DNA of 64,000 nucleotides from the human T2T-CHM13v2.0 reference genome, Homo sapiens: NCBI RefSeq assembly GCF_009914755.1, contig NC_060935.1; one strand, 5' to 3'. Shown piece by piece: positions 1 to 13,173 of this stretch (position 1 is its first letter; each line of letters starts with the position of its first letter). The notes under the pieces were generated by a model. It saw only the letters and a program-made list of their open reading frames with translations, ran no database searches and was not told where the DNA came from. The position numbers and the translations under genes were made by a program.

Positions 1-596
1 CACCACAGGGCAGTTTCTCTCCTAACTCAGAATTGAACAAATGTACGATGGGGTTTTATACGGAGACATTCAGTTCCCAGGGGCAGGCAGGAGACAGTGG
101 TCTTCCTCTATCTCAACTGCAAGAGGCTTTCTTCTTTTACTAATCCTCCTCAGCACAGACCCTTCACGGGTGCTGGGCTGGGGGACAGTCAGGTCTTTCC
201 CATCCCACGAGGCCATATTTCAGACTATCACATGGGGAGAAACCTTGGACAATACCCAGCTTTCCAGGGCAGAGGTCCTTGCGGCTTTCCGCAGTGCATT
301 GTGTCCCTAGTTTATCAAGCCTGGAGAATGGCGATGATTTTACCAAGCATACTGCTTGTAAACATTTTGTTAACAAGGCACATCCTGTAAAGCCCTAGAT
401 CCCTTAAACCTTGATTCCATACAACACATGTTTTTGTGAGCTCAAGGTTGGGGCAAAGAGGTTGGGGCAAAGTTACAGATTAACAGCATCTCAGGGCAAA
501 GCAATTGTTCAGGGTACAGGTCAACATGGAGTTTCTTGTATCTTCCCTTTCTACATAGACAGAGTAACAGTCTGATCTTTATTTCTTTTCCCTGAA
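1..596 (-). mobile_element. HERV-K(HML-2) LTR5A-type LTR, cut by the window edge, inserted into an ERV1 pol
   Basis: Reverse complement reads AGGGAAAAGAAATAAAGATCAGACTGTTACT...GGTATTGTCCAAGGTTTCTCCCCATGTGATAGTCTGAAATATGGCCTCGTGGG...TATAAAACC, i.e. the LTR5 U3 with TATA box. GAGCTCACAAAAACATGTGTTGTATG is LTR5A-like (recalled). Confidence 0.85.
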
Positions 597-1479
597 ACTA
601 AATAAGCAAACCTCAAAAAGGCAACCTCCCAGGGACGAAATCCAGGGTTAAGGCCATTCCAAAGTGTCCAAGTTGATTATACTGAAATGCCCCCAATAGG
701 CTGCCTCAAGTATTTACTAGTTAATAGTAGACCATCTCACCCACTGAGTAGAAGCCATTCCCTTCCCAAGCACAACAGCCAGTAATATAGTCAAAGCTCT
801 GTTGGAATGTATCACACCCAGGTTTGGACTAATAGAAAACATTGATTTGGATAATGGGACCCACTTCACTGCATACATCATTAAGGGGCTAGCCCAAGTA
901 TTAGGGATAAAATGGAAATATCATACTCCCTGGCACCTGCCCTCATCAGGGAGGTTAGAGAGAATGAATCAAACTCTAAAAAACATCATTTAACCAAACT
1001 AATCTTTGAAACTCGGTTACCATGGACAAAATGTCTTCCCATTGCCTTACTAAGAATCTGAACTGCCCCTAGGAAAGATCTTGGCCTGTCCCCTTATGAA
1101 ATGCTCTACGGGCTGCCCTACCTAAATTCTACTACTGACCTTCCTAAATTTGAAACAAAAGATCAGTCCTTGAAAACTATACATTTGGTCTGTCTTCTAG
1201 CCTTTCCTCCCTCAGGACTCAAGGCCTCCTAGTGCAGACTCCACCCCTCAAATTCCCAGTTCACCAACACCAACCCAGAGATCACGTCCTTGTCAAAAGC
1301 TGGAAAGAGGGAAAGCTTGAGCCCACCTGGAAAGGACCTTACCTGATGCTCCTCACAACTGAGACAGCAGTCTGAACTGCTGAAAAGGGGTGGACCCATC
1401 ATAGCCGAGTCAAGGTGTCACCCTCTCCAAAGCCATGGACCATCATTCCAGGGCCAACTCCCACCATAGTAACGTTAAA
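597..1479 (+). pseudogene. ERV1 (HERV-I/HERVIP10-like) pol integrase remnant
   Basis: Translates across frameshifts and stops to PFQSVQVDYTEMP..LKYLLV..W(*)VEAIP..PRFGLIENIDLDNGTHF..WKYHTPWHLPSSGRLERMNQTLK..WKGPY, a gammaretroviral DDE integrase. Confidence 0.85.
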
Positions 1480-3347
1480 ATGAAAAGTCTAATCTGTCCC
1501 TATTTCCTCTTCTTTTTCCTTTAGTTACCAAGGACACCTTATCATCAATGTAACCCGATCACTTTTCCCCCAAACAATTACATTTGATGCTTGCCTTGCC
1601 ATATCTTGTGTGGACCTAAAAAGTCAAAGACAGCTCAGTTCTTCAGAAAAGTATCTTTGTCCCTCCGGGAGGACAGTATGGGCCCTCACTTATTATATTT
1701 GGGGAGAGGTTATATGGACCACCAAGTATCAGGGCTGGACTGCAAATTCTGCCCTAAAGCCCTACCTCCACCTCACCAAAGGAACCACCTTCCCCATCCC
1801 AATTGCCAAACACATCAGTGCAACCCAATACTTATCTCCATTACTACCCCTACCTCCAGTAATTCTAACCCCACCTTAGAGCACTTCTATGGTTTAGGAG
1901 CAGATATAACTGGAAAGGACCCTGTGGGTTTCTTTGAAATGTGTTTTGTTTCTCCTCCTCCACCCTCTCACCAAACCCACAAAATCAAACTATTTCTCGC
2001 TTCACATCAAATGACAAAACTAAGGTAGCTATAGTAGAAGTCAATGACCTAAAGCAAACTTTAGCTATTGAAACAGGGTATCAAGATGCAAATACCTGGC
2101 TAGAATGGATTAAATATTCCATCTGTACACTAAATAAAAGTGATTGTTACGCTTGTGCAACAGGCAGACCAGAAACCCAGATTGTCCCCTTTCTACTTGG
2201 ATGGTCCTCCAACCACCCAGGCATGGACTGTATGGTAGCTCTCTTCCAAAACCCCACAGCCTGGGGCAATAAGCCATGTCAAACCCTCTCACTGCTATTC
2301 CCAGAAGCTAAACGTCCTGCAGGTCAGCCCCCGAGGGCCATCCATCCAACCTCCAGCTATAAATGCCAATTTCACCTCCTGTCTCTCACAGCAGGGGGGA
2401 AATGTGGCATTCCTTGGAAGCTTAACTGGATCCAGTGAGTCTAAACCTTTCCAAGAACTAACCCATCAGTCTGCCCTTGTTCATCCCTGAGCAGATGTAT
2501 GGTGGTATTGTGGTAGACAACTATTGGGTACTCTGCCAAGTAACTGGAGCAGCACTTGTGTTCTAATACAATTGGCCATCCCTTTTACCCTGGCATTTCA
2601 TCAACCCAGCAAAAAGAACCACCACCACAGTAAAAGAAGTGTCCCTCATGGGTCTTTTGATCCTCATGTTTATATAGATGTTATTGGAGTGCCCCAGGGG
2701 GTACCAGATGAGTTTAAAGCCTGAAATCAAATAGCCACAGGATTTGAATCTGTATTATTCTGGTGGTCGACTATAAACAAAAACAGATTGGGTAAATTAC
2801 ATTTACTATAACCAACAACATTTTGTCAATTACAAAAGAGATGCCATTAGAGAAATATTTGAACAACTAGGTGCCACCAGCCAGATGGCTGGGGAACACA
2901 GAATAGCTCTTGATATAGTAGCTGAAAAAGGTGGAGCCTGTGTCATGATGGGAGTTCAATGTTGTATTTTTATTCCTAATAACACGGCCCTTGATGGAAC
3001 AATTACAAAACCATTGCAAAGCCTTATCAATTTAGAAAACGAATTAGCTAAAAATTCTGGAATAAATAACCCTTTTACAAGTCTCATGGGAAATGGTTTG
3101 GGAAGTGGAAAGGACTCTTGACTTCAATATTTACTTCTTTTGCAATTGTTATAGGTGTACTCATTCTTGTAAGTTGCTGTATCATACCCTGTATTTGTGG
3201 GTTAATGCAAAGGCTTCTAGAACCACTCTCACAAAAGCCTTCCTCCACTCTCCCCCACCCTATTCAGATAAATTCCTACTTCTAAACTACCAAGAGGAAC
3301 AACCAAGCCGAATTACGTTAAGACATTTTGAAGAGAAAGAATTATAA
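1480..3347 (+). pseudogene. ERV1 env remnant (HERV-I/IP, ERV-P(b)-like), multiply frameshifted
   Basis: ORF pieces LKQTLAIETGYQDANTWLEWIKYS, CYAC (CXXC), furin-like HSKR|S, ISD-like EHRIALDIVAEKGG, CX6CC (CVMMGVQCC), and a hydrophobic TM region near 3125-3200. Confidence 0.85.
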
Positions 3348-3365
3348 AATGGAAAAGGGAAAATT

Positions 3366-3909
3366 TGTTAGAACAATTTCCTCTTCAAAACTTAACTCTC
3401 TTGTTGTAAGTTGTAAGACTGTAAATTAGCCCTTCTCCCTGCTTCAGTCTTCAAAGTCCTCATCTCACTACCTTATTTGGAAAAAGTTTCAAATTTCCTT
3501 GTTGTCTCTGTTCTGTGACCAACCCTTCCTGCCTTGCCACACCCAGACATGCCCAGACATGCCTTCCCTCCTGCCTAGTTAGTAATGGACATCTCTTCCT
3601 CCCCTCCTTTCGCAAAGTGCGTGTTTACCCTATCTGGAAAAGTTTAAGTCTTTTTCCCTATTTGGAGAAGTTTAAGTCTTAGCCAACCTGGATAGCTTAG
3701 ATTGTAAGGTCCAACTCCAGCCAATGGGGAAAGGACACAAACAGGAATTGCGTTAGGGATAAAAACCCCTTTTCTCCTTTGTTTGGTGTGCTCTTGCAAT
3801 TGTGGCTGATGCAGGTTGCACCATTCTACAGAAGTAAATTGCCTTGCTGAGAAAACTTTTTGCCTGAGTGCTGGTTCTTCTTTGCAGTATCAAGCATTTG
3901 TTTCTAACA
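3366..3909 (+). mobile_element. 3' LTR (LTR10-like) of the HERV-I/IP provirus
   Basis: Polypurine tract GGAAAAGGGAAAA immediately upstream; 8-bp inverted termini TGTTAGAA...TTCTAACA; GATAAAA TATA-like and AGTAAA polyA-like signals. Confidence 0.8.
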
Positions 3910-4497
3910 TTGGGAAGAGGCTGGACAAATTTGGAGGAGCATCTTAAAAGCCTAGACTCTGATGAGGGCTTAGAGGAAATAAAGATTAGGGAACATTTGA
4001 AACTCTTTAGAGATTAAGTGGTTGTGGCCAGAATGCTGGTAAAAATATGAAGTGTAAGGGCCATTCTGATAAGGTTTCAGATAGAATTGAGGGACAAATT
4101 ATTGAAAACAGGAGTAAAGATCATCGCTGTCATAAATTGGCCAAGAACTTAGCTAAACTGTGTTCATGCCCAAGGGCTTCGTGAAGGGCCAGACTTGACA
4201 GTGATAAACTAGGGTACTTGGCTGAAGAAGTTTCTAAGCAAAATATAGAAGGTGCTTCATGGGGGTTAATTTTGGCCCCTTACACTGAGATTCAGGAGCA
4301 AAGGCATAATTTAAAAACAGGATTTATGATTAAAAGGAAAGTAAAGTGGAAAGATTTGGAAAACTCTCAGCCTCTTGATGTAAAGAATGAAAAAGTGTGC
4401 TCAGGAGAGGAAACCAAGAGTGTAGCCCAGACGTGGTTTGCTACAGAGATTAACATGGATTGAAAAGAACCAGGTGCATTCCTCAAGACAATGGAAG

Positions 4498-5178
4498 TAT
4501 AATTTGAGAGACCAAAATAGATGCCCCTTTATCAACTGATATGGACCCTAAGTTTAAGGAAACAAAAGTTACCTACTGGTTGAGGATTCACGCTTGACTG
4601 GCATGGTAACTTCCTAAATTCCTTATGGCTACAAGAAGAACCACACTCTTGCTAATCTCCCTAACAACAGGAGCTATTAGGTAGATTGTCAAACCTTTCC
4701 TAAGTGATTTACAACCCAGGCCACTACAATTCTGATTAGACAGAGGACTTGCCTTACACTCTTTCCTGATTAACAATTGCAGACCTCAAGCCAGTTTCAG
4801 CAAGCTCATAACTGTCTTTGTGTCCTATGGTTTGTCTTTTGACAAAAGGCAAAAATAAAGAGCCAAGTTCTGCCTCATTTTAATGCTAAAACCTCACTCC
4901 AAAATGAACATGAGATGTATATTCCATATATCTTTACCCACTATGCATATGCTCAACTCCCCTCATAAATATGTATTAGCTTTTTCTCCAAACCTGCTGA
5001 GTATGTATGACTATCGTGTAATACACACCTTGTGAAGCATAAAAACCAGTCTGCCCTTTTCCTCTTCAGAGAGAGAACCTTTGGTACAAGTTAGAGACTA
5101 TCTTTTCCCGGTTTGCAACTAATATTGCCAATAAAATTCCTCTATTATTTAGCCATTGTGGTGGTCTTTTGCATGACA
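4498..5178 (+). mobile_element. ERV1-type solo LTR (subfamily not assigned)
   Basis: 4-bp TSD GAAG (4494-4497 and 5179-5182); ends ...GACA; CATAAAA and AATAAA signals; the MaLR sequence resumes seamlessly after it. Confidence 0.7.
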
Positions 5179-5430
5179 GAAGAAAGACCCTGAAGGCGTT
5201 TCAAAGATAGTTGAGGCTGTCACTCCTATCATAGGTCCAGAAGCCTAGAAGGAAAAAATAGTTTCCAGAGAGAGGCCCCAGGCACCCTCCAAAGGTTTGC
5301 TACCCAGGGCTGTCTTGGGATTCTGCTCCCTAATTTACTCTGGCTCAGTGCTTCTCAGCTGATCCAGCTATGGCCCAAGCAGCCCCAGGTGCAGGTCGAC
5401 TTGCCCTTTAAGAGGATACAAGCCCTAAGC

Positions 5431-5567
5431 CTTGGCAGTGTCCATGTGGTGCTAATGCTGCAGGCTTGCAGAAAGCAAGAGCTGTGAAGACTTGGCAGTG
5501 TCCATGTGGTGCTAATCCTGCAGGCTTGCAGAAAGCAAGAGCTGTGAAGACTTGGCAGTCTCCATGT
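5431..5567 (+). repeat. 60-bp tandem duplication (~2.3 copies)
   Basis: CTTGGCAGTGTCCATGTGGTGCTAAT... at 5431, 5491 and a partial copy at 5551. Confidence 0.95.
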
Positions 5568-6192
5568 AGATTTCACAGGAAGTTGATTACAACGTGGGAG
5601 CTGGGGCAGAGACTTGTGGGGCAGAGCCACTGCACCCCTGCTAAGAGCCCCCACTAGAGCTGTGCTGAGTAAAAATGTGGGGTTGGAGCTGCTGCAGAGA
5701 GTTCTTACCAGGATGATGCCTAGTGTCATGAAAGCAGGACGCCAGAACTGTAGCGTTACCAGCAGCAGGCAATGCCTACCTGGGAAACCCTCAGAAACCT
5801 ATAGAGGCAGTGTTGTGTGGAGTACACAGCAAAGCCATAGGGTGGGGCTGCCTGGGGCTGCCAGGAGGCTTTACATAAAGTGAAAAGCAATTATTGTCTA
5901 GCTTTAAGATGTAATGTCTGCCCTGCTGGGTTTTGGCCTTGCCTGGGGCACGTTATTCCTTTCTTTTTGCCTATTTCTCCCTTTTGGAATAAGAATGTCT
6001 GTCTTATGTCTGTAGCATCAATGTATCTTGGAAGTAGATAACCTGTTCTGATTTCACAGACTCATAGATGAGAGTCTGCACTTTGGACTTTTGAGTTGGT
6101 GCTGGAATGAGTTAAAACACTGGGGCTATAGAGATAGCATGAATGTATTTGTATGTCAGAACATGAGTTTTAGGGGGTGGGGCAGGGCAGAA

Positions 6193-6609
6193 TGCTATGG
6201 TTTGAATATTTGTCCCTGCCATACAAATCTCCAATGTGGCAGTACTGAGAACTGGGGCCTTTAAAAGCAGTGACTGGGTCACATGGGCTCTGCCCTCATG
6301 TATGAACTAATCTATTCATGAATAGATTAATGGATTAACAAACCAGCTTGTTAACATTGTGGTGGGAATGGTGGCTTTATGAGAAGAGGAAGAGAGACCT
6401 GAGGTAGCACATTAGCATGCTCAGCTCCTTGCTGTGGGATGTCCTGTGGCCCCTTGAGACTGTAGGGAGGCCCCACCAGCAAGAATGACCTAGGCCCCAT
6501 GATCTTGGGCTTCTCAGCCTCCATGACTGCAAGAAATCAATTCCTTTCCTTTATAAGTTACCCAATTTAATGGTATTCTGTTATAAGCAAAAGAAAATAG
6601 ACTAAGACA
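6193..6609 (+). mobile_element. MaLR 3' LTR (MSTC/MSTD-like)
   Basis: Starts TGCTATGGTTTGAAT, ends GTTATAAGCAAAAGAAAATAGACTAAGACA. Confidence 0.8.
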
Positions 6610-6919
6610 GGAACCCTGGTAAAAAGCAGCTTTCTTCTCAGGTCTTTGAAAAATAGACATTCAAGTCAGTTGTAGGCAGAAAGGTCACCCTTTATCATTT
6701 ATAGAGGAACGGTCATTATTCATACACATTCACATTTATACTGTCATCTCAATTATGTACATAAATTTCCCATCCATTCTGTAAGTTATGATAAATTGGG
6801 AATATTATCTCTACTTTAGAGATGAGAAAGCAGATTAAGCATCAGAAAATGCCAAACCAAGGTCACAAGTGGGATGTTAATGTAGCGTTCAGTTTAATAT
6901 AGAATATGCACGCAAAATA

Positions 6920-7866
6920 GAACACCTAATGGATGACCTTGGCCTGGTCAGACTGGAATCATTACCCTTTCACGTCACATTGGGATAGGAGCTGCCTGCA
7001 GTGTACACATTCTAGTGAGTTGGTCTTTCTTTTGAGATACTGCAAGTATGATAGTAAAGGTAAGGAGAGGCACAGCAAAGTCCAAGGTGCAAGCCAGCTC
7101 CACTGAAAATGCTCACAGCTTCTGGGAAGTAGGGCATGATCCCTGGGAGGCATGACTCAGTGCTATTAAATGGGGCAGGAAACCCTCAGGGTTTGAGTCC
7201 TGGGTCAGGGGAGTCCCCTTATAAAGGCCCTGAGAGATGAGGCCAGAGCCGTCTGTGATCCCTGAGGATTCTCCTCAAGTGCAGCAGTTTCTGCTTCCAC
7301 AGCCTTTTGGGAGGAGGGCAGAGGTTGGTGAGGATAAAGCCAGCTGCTATTTGCCCAGGTTCTTCCTTCCCAAACTCTTTAGACTAGAAAAGGAAGGTGG
7401 CACTGGGGCTGCATGAGCTAAGGGAAAGAGCCCAGAATTTTAAGTCAGACTGAGAAGTGTGAACAGAGCTGCAACTGGGGAGAAAGAGGAAAGAGGTAAC
7501 AGTTGCGGTGAGCAGGAAGGTGGGTGGGGGCACTCTCAGTTACTTCCCACACCTCACCCTCTGCCCAAACCCCATATTTCCTCATCTTTGCCCTCCAACA
7601 GAGGGAAGAGAAGTCTTGATAGTCCCACCTAACTGGTTTGTGTATAAACCCCAGACACTTGCCCCACCACAGAGGATGCCTGCTTCCTTTCTGTGCCAAA
7701 CACTGTGGGCCATCTCCAAGAGCTCTTAGCTGATTATTCCAGTTTGGATCCAGTCACTGCTTTTCCTAAGTCCCACCAGTGTCCCCATCCCAGTTAAAGG
7801 GCTTCTGCATTAGTCAAGAGGAAGAAAATGGGGCCTGAACTAGATAAATGTCAGAGAAAGGTAAAT
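6920..7866 (+). promoter_or_regulatory. Putative promoter and 5' non-coding exon of OR52K3P
   Basis: Homeodomain-type TAATGG (6927), O/E(EBF)-like TCCCTGGGAG (7140), splice donor AAG|GTAAAT (7860/7861); conserved with copy 2. Confidence 0.45.
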
Positions 7867-9859
7867 ACATGTTTTTGAGGTTCTTCTACCAGAAGCAGTC
7901 TTGAAGCACCTTGCATATGTGACTATCCTTCCTTGTCTGGTTCTTAATTTTTCAAATCTGTCATTCTGATATCCTTTTAAGATAAAGCTGTAGGCAACCA
8001 AATAGATATCAGTATTAACTGAGTCCATTCAGCATATGGAGGCCTCTTTTAAGGAGTTCTGGGAGACATAAACAGACAAGTCCTTTGAGCATGGATATCT
8101 TAGTTCTGAAAACAATGAACAGTCTGGACAAAATTTTCACTACAGAGCAGGTCTTAGATTCTGGATATTAGGGGAAGACGACTGGCTCCATTCACGCTCC
8201 TACTCTGAGTCCTTCATTCTGAAAGGAGTTGATTTTAGATGACCTTCAAAGGAAATAAGATTTATGGACTTGGACATCCTGTCTTTTCCAGAAAAATTTA
8301 AGAGATGCCATCCATTTTCTATGTGTGAGGATGGGCGAGCAGGTCTCAAGATGATCAGTGATGTTCAGAAGTTGCACAGAGGAATTCAAGGGGGATATGA
8401 AGACAAAGTAAAACATGCTTGGATTGAGGAAAATGCATGTTTACAAGGGGAGATGTACAATAGCTGTGTTTTTTTTTATCCCACAGGTTCGTTATGTACC
8501 AGCAAATGTTCATGGTACTGAAGATATACCAGTTGAAGAGAAAGAATGTTCTTGTTGTCATAGTACCTATTTGCTACGAGGTCAAATCTTGTTCCTGGAA
8601 GAAATGTACAAATATTAATACTTAAAACAGTATTTTCCATTAAGAAGAGAATTTTATTCTGATGTAGGTAACAGAGGTTATTGTTGGGATTCTTAGAACT
8701 TCCATCCTAGATGCATTTTAAATTACAAGATAACCAAACATTCTGAGCTTGCATCATATGAGAGGAGGGGAGTAGTAATCTGAGAACGTCAGAGAGATGT
8801 CTTTCAGCAGTCTAGAAGTCATGCTTCATTTGGTGAAATGTTCCACGCTTACCATGTATGTTAGAGCCTGAGTTTACAGAAGGGAATAGGCACAGTCCTT
8901 TAACTTCAGTCCCTTCACTTTGTGATTTGGTGAATATTTATGAAAGGACAGATATTAGAGAATAAAAGAGGAACTTTGTATACTTGTTAAGATTCTTTTG
9001 CAGCAGTAGTTGGTGATAGATGCTGGTGGTTTGCACAAGGGTGATGATGATGGAAATAGACACCTTGGAGATTTAGTCCGTAGGATGATCCAGTGGTACC
9101 TGCTGATGGTTAAATATGGTGCAGGAAGAATAGGGAAGAATCCAGGATGACTTGATTCTAGATTGAGCAACTGCTTGGACAGGATGTTGCATTCTGAGAT
9201 ATGGGTGGCACAAGCAGAGAAGTAGTTATAATTTCTGCCTCAGGCATGACAGGTTTGACATATCTGTGAGGCTGATATGTGGGGATAGTCTAGTCTGGAG
9301 TTTACAGGGAAGGTAAAGTATTTAAATTATATTTGACATTTCAGGATATGTTTACGTCTCAATGGTCAACCAGAAGAAAGATGCAGTGTTCAAGTTCTTT
9401 TCAAGAACAGTATTCCCTTTTTTAATTTTCAAGTTTTCTCCTACTACCGGATAATTTTTCAACAGAAAAAAACATGTTATTTCTCCCTTCTTAAAAACAA
9501 ATTTACATATAAACACACAGACATGCAAACACACAAACTCTTGACTCTACTGTTCACTTTTAGCCAGTGTTCTATTTACTTACTGGCCTTTACATCCAAA
9601 CTCTTCAAAGGAGTGAACCATGTTAAAAGACTTCAATTCCTCTTTCAGCTATTCTAAGTCAAGTAACACTTTACCTTCCTCTATTCTAGCAAAATAGTTT
9701 TTATCAAGGCATTTGATCCTCTGTGATTCCAAAAGCAGGCTAATTTGGTTTTCAAATTCTTTGACTCATCAATAGCATTTAGTATAATCTTACTAAATCA
9801 GTGATAATGTCCTCATTAACAAACTATATTCAATAGACTATTAATATAGCACATCACCT

Positions 9860-11480
9860 TAAAAATCTTTCTATATTAATACTTGTCCACTATCAGAGTT
9901 CTTTTCCAACTTCTCCATGGGCCCCAACTCCTCTCCTACCCCATTCTTAACATTGAGATTCAGTCCTAGGTTCTTTTCTCTCTGTGAACACTTACTATCT
10001 GGGTGCTGTTTATCTCTTTTCCACATATATTTCACCATCTTCACTTGAATTTCTGATAGATATCTCAAACTTAACCTGTTCAAAATTGAAGTCTTGACCT
10101 CCACCCTCCATAACTTCCCCATCACAGTTGGGAGCAACTCCTTTCTATTAGATGTTTATGTGAAAAATTGGGTCTCATCTTTGACTCTCTGTTGTCTCAC
10201 ATCCTATATCCAGCCTGTCAAGAATATCACTGACATTATTTTTGAAATATATCCCCAATCCCATTACTTCCCACTACATACATTGCTACCTTGATCCTGA
10301 GCCAATGTTCTCTCCCTTCCCTGGATTCCTGCAATAGTCTCCAGGCACTTTTCCCCGGTTCTACCCTTCCCTATTTGTGCTATTATCCATCATGGATGCC
10401 ACAGAAAACTTTAAAAGTCTAAGTCTCCTCCCTCTCTGCTGAAAACAATGTCTTTGATTCTGAGAGAAATGAGGAACCTTTGCAAAGTTCCACAAAGGCC
10501 TATGAGGTCCTGTGTGATCTGGCCCCAGCACCCTAACTTGATTCTCCTGCTCATTCACTTCATCCTAGCAGGCTGCCTGCTGATCTTCGAATACCAGGTG
10601 TTTTTATGTCTTAGGGCATTTTCTCTGGCTGTTCCATTTTCTTAGACTGTTCCTCTCCTGTGGGAGACTCCTACATCCTACATTATCTTATGGCTGTCTC
10701 ACGTCCTATCATCTCCCCTTTTTGTTGTAGCCATTGCTGTGGGAACCATTTGAGTGCTGGTGTAGGTTGATAGCACCTTGCTCAGCTGCATCCCACCCCA
10801 GAGTTTCTCTCCTTTTTTGCATGGCACCTCGGGGATCTCATTCAGTTATTCTGGTGCATGTATAGACCTAAAAGTGCAAGGAAATTCACCCTCCTTGGGT
10901 CGTCCCAAGGATGTGTGTGGAAGCCAGGGTGTGGAAGCCAGTGGATAAGAGTTCCCCTCTTCTGTGTCTAGAGTGGACAATTATTTGGTTCCTTCTTAAT
11001 GGTTCTTCATGTGGAACTGGATACAGTGATGACTGCATTATCCAGCTCGATAATGCACCTTTGGATCCATATTCTCTTTCCTGTTCCACTCCTTCATCCT
11101 ACTCTTGTTCATTGTATAATTTTTCTATGTATACCACTTGTCTGGAATTACAGGTTTGGCTTTTTAAAGAAACAAAGCTAGTATTTCCTCACCTCATTTA
11201 ATATTTGCTAGAATTCCCTTTGCCATGAGGCCTGCAATGATCTCTTTATTTCAGATTTCAACCTCCCCTGCTCCCTGCCATGGAATTCCTATCCTCATTA
11301 TCCTTGATCCTTTTTTTGGTTTGTTTTTTAAAATCACGGCAGTGAACCTTTGTATATTATGATGTAATTTACTTACTATGTCCTTTTATTATCCTTCTCC
11401 AACCTTTAGCAAAATTATTCTAAGGGATCTGTTTTGTTCATGAATTTTTTCTTAATCGAATCAGCAAAAATATTTACATT
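9860..11480. mobile_element. Old L2 fragment interrupted by an LTR16-like ERVL LTR (~10660-11190)
   Basis: L2 motifs (CATCTCAAACTTAAC-like, CTGGCTGTTCC); LTR16-like GGAAGCCAGTGGATAA. Also present in copy 2 (~24300-25900). Confidence 0.55.
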
Positions 11481-12029
11481 TTTATTGTACTAAATTTGCC
11501 AAATATATTTACTGAATTTTATGTGAACATAGCATTGAACAGAATTAAAGCTTGAGACATGCAATAATTCAATATTTTGAGGTAGGGCTGAAGCAGGAGA
11601 CTGAAAGAAGCAGCTCCTTTGATGGGTAATGTAAGTATTAAGGGGAGCCAAGAGGAGAAAAGGAGTTTCAGAAGAATGGTCAATTCAGAAAAAAGCTGCT
11701 GAAAGATCAACATGAATGAAGGCAAGTATGTGACCATGGCATCATATGGAGGTCATTTCTGGCCCAAATGAGCGCTTTTTCAGGTAGATTAGAATGTGCT
11801 AATACTACAGGAAATTTGTGGGAGTTGAATCTGAATATGTAGACATTCCTAGGTATTTTTATGCAAAGAAGAGCTAAACTTTGAAAAAATAGAGAGGATA
11901 TAAGATCATGGAGGAGAAGATTATAAAGTGTTAATCGACATAGAAACCTTTTTTTTTTTTCTTTTCAAGCATAAGTTTTCTGTGGAGGGAGAGACAGATG
12001 ACAAATAAGGCTCTAAATAATAAACGTTA

Positions 12030-12322
12030 GGCTGGGCGCGGTGACTCACGCCTGTAGTCCCAGCACTTTGGGAGGCCGAGGCGGGCAGATCACGAGGTCA
12101 GGAGACGGAGACCATCCTGGCTAACAGGGTGAAACCCCGTATCTACTAAAAATACAAAAAATTAGCCGGGCGTGGTAGCGGGCACCTGTGGTCCCAGCTG
12201 CTCGGGAGGCTTAGGCAGGACAGTCACGTGAGCCGGGGAGGCAGAGCTTGCAGTGAGCCGAGATAGCGCCACTGCACTCCGGCCTGGGCGAAGGAGCGAG
12301 ACTCTGCCTCAAAAAATAATAA
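12030..12322 (+). mobile_element. AluY
   Basis: GGCTGGGCGCGGTG...CACGAGGTCAGGAGA...GAGCTTGCAGTGAGCCGAGAT, CpG-rich, A-rich tail; absent from duplicate copy 2 (~26410). Confidence 0.9.
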
Positions 12323-13173
12323 TAATAAACACTAAATAATTATACAAAAAGACATTTTGTGTGTAATTCTAGTATTCTCCCTACAACCCTGAGATAAAGG
12401 TAGGGCAGTTTTATTACCCATTTCCAGAGAAGAAACAGGGGCTTGAAATAAGCTATTTGCCACATCTTCTAGCTACGTGACCTTGGACAATCATGATTTT
12501 GGCTGAGGCTTCAGATTCTAAACTTTTCCCGTACTTTATGGAAAAAAAGGAACTTGTTTTAGATTTGGATATACAAAACATGAGTTGCCTTTGGGCATTT
12601 AGGTAGAAGCAAAAGGAGATGATTATTTAGAACATTAAATTTGGAAAACGCTAGAACTCAAACTTGGCTGACACTATTAACTATGGTGTCTTAGAGATAT
12701 TATTTTCCCAACACTCAATTTTCTCATTTTGAAAAAAGACCAATAACTAAGCAGTTACTTTGCTTACTGACTGTGCTGTCTCGATGCATTATCTCATTTA
12801 ATTCTCAGAAGAACTTCATTAAATAAATTCTAACAAGAAGAATGCCCGGGTAAAAACTGGGCAACTTCAGTGTTTAAGGCTTTTGACAGAAGAAAGAAAA
12901 ACGAGCAAGAGAGGAGAGAAATATTAAAAATTGTTAAGCTAAAGTTTGTGTGTGGGGGAGCCAGATGTTAGTCTTTCTAAAGATGAAAGAGTTCTGTGAT
13001 GAAAATTAAGGAAATGGAAGATGGACGGAGGGAGACCCACATGAACAGGAAAGTTAATGTGAGTTTAGATGAAGGAAAACCAAAAGAGAAGGCTCTTCAT
13101 CTTCTCGTAAGCTGCAGGCATAGCTGTATTTTTAAAGTTTTTGTTAAAAGAACCTGGAAGATGTATTATAGAG

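Larger units (their letters stand above)
3910..6192 (+). mobile_element. MaLR (MST-type) internal sequence, interrupted by a solo LTR
   Basis: Typical MaLR-int motifs (GGCTGAAGAAGTTTCTAAGCA, GATTTGGAAAACTCTCAGCCT, TTTGGACTTTTGAGTT), ending in a purine tract before the LTR. Confidence 0.75.

Noticed and set aside
5431-5567. CRISPR-like or prokaryotic repeat array
   Set aside because: Eukaryotic DNA; direct tandem units without unique spacers.
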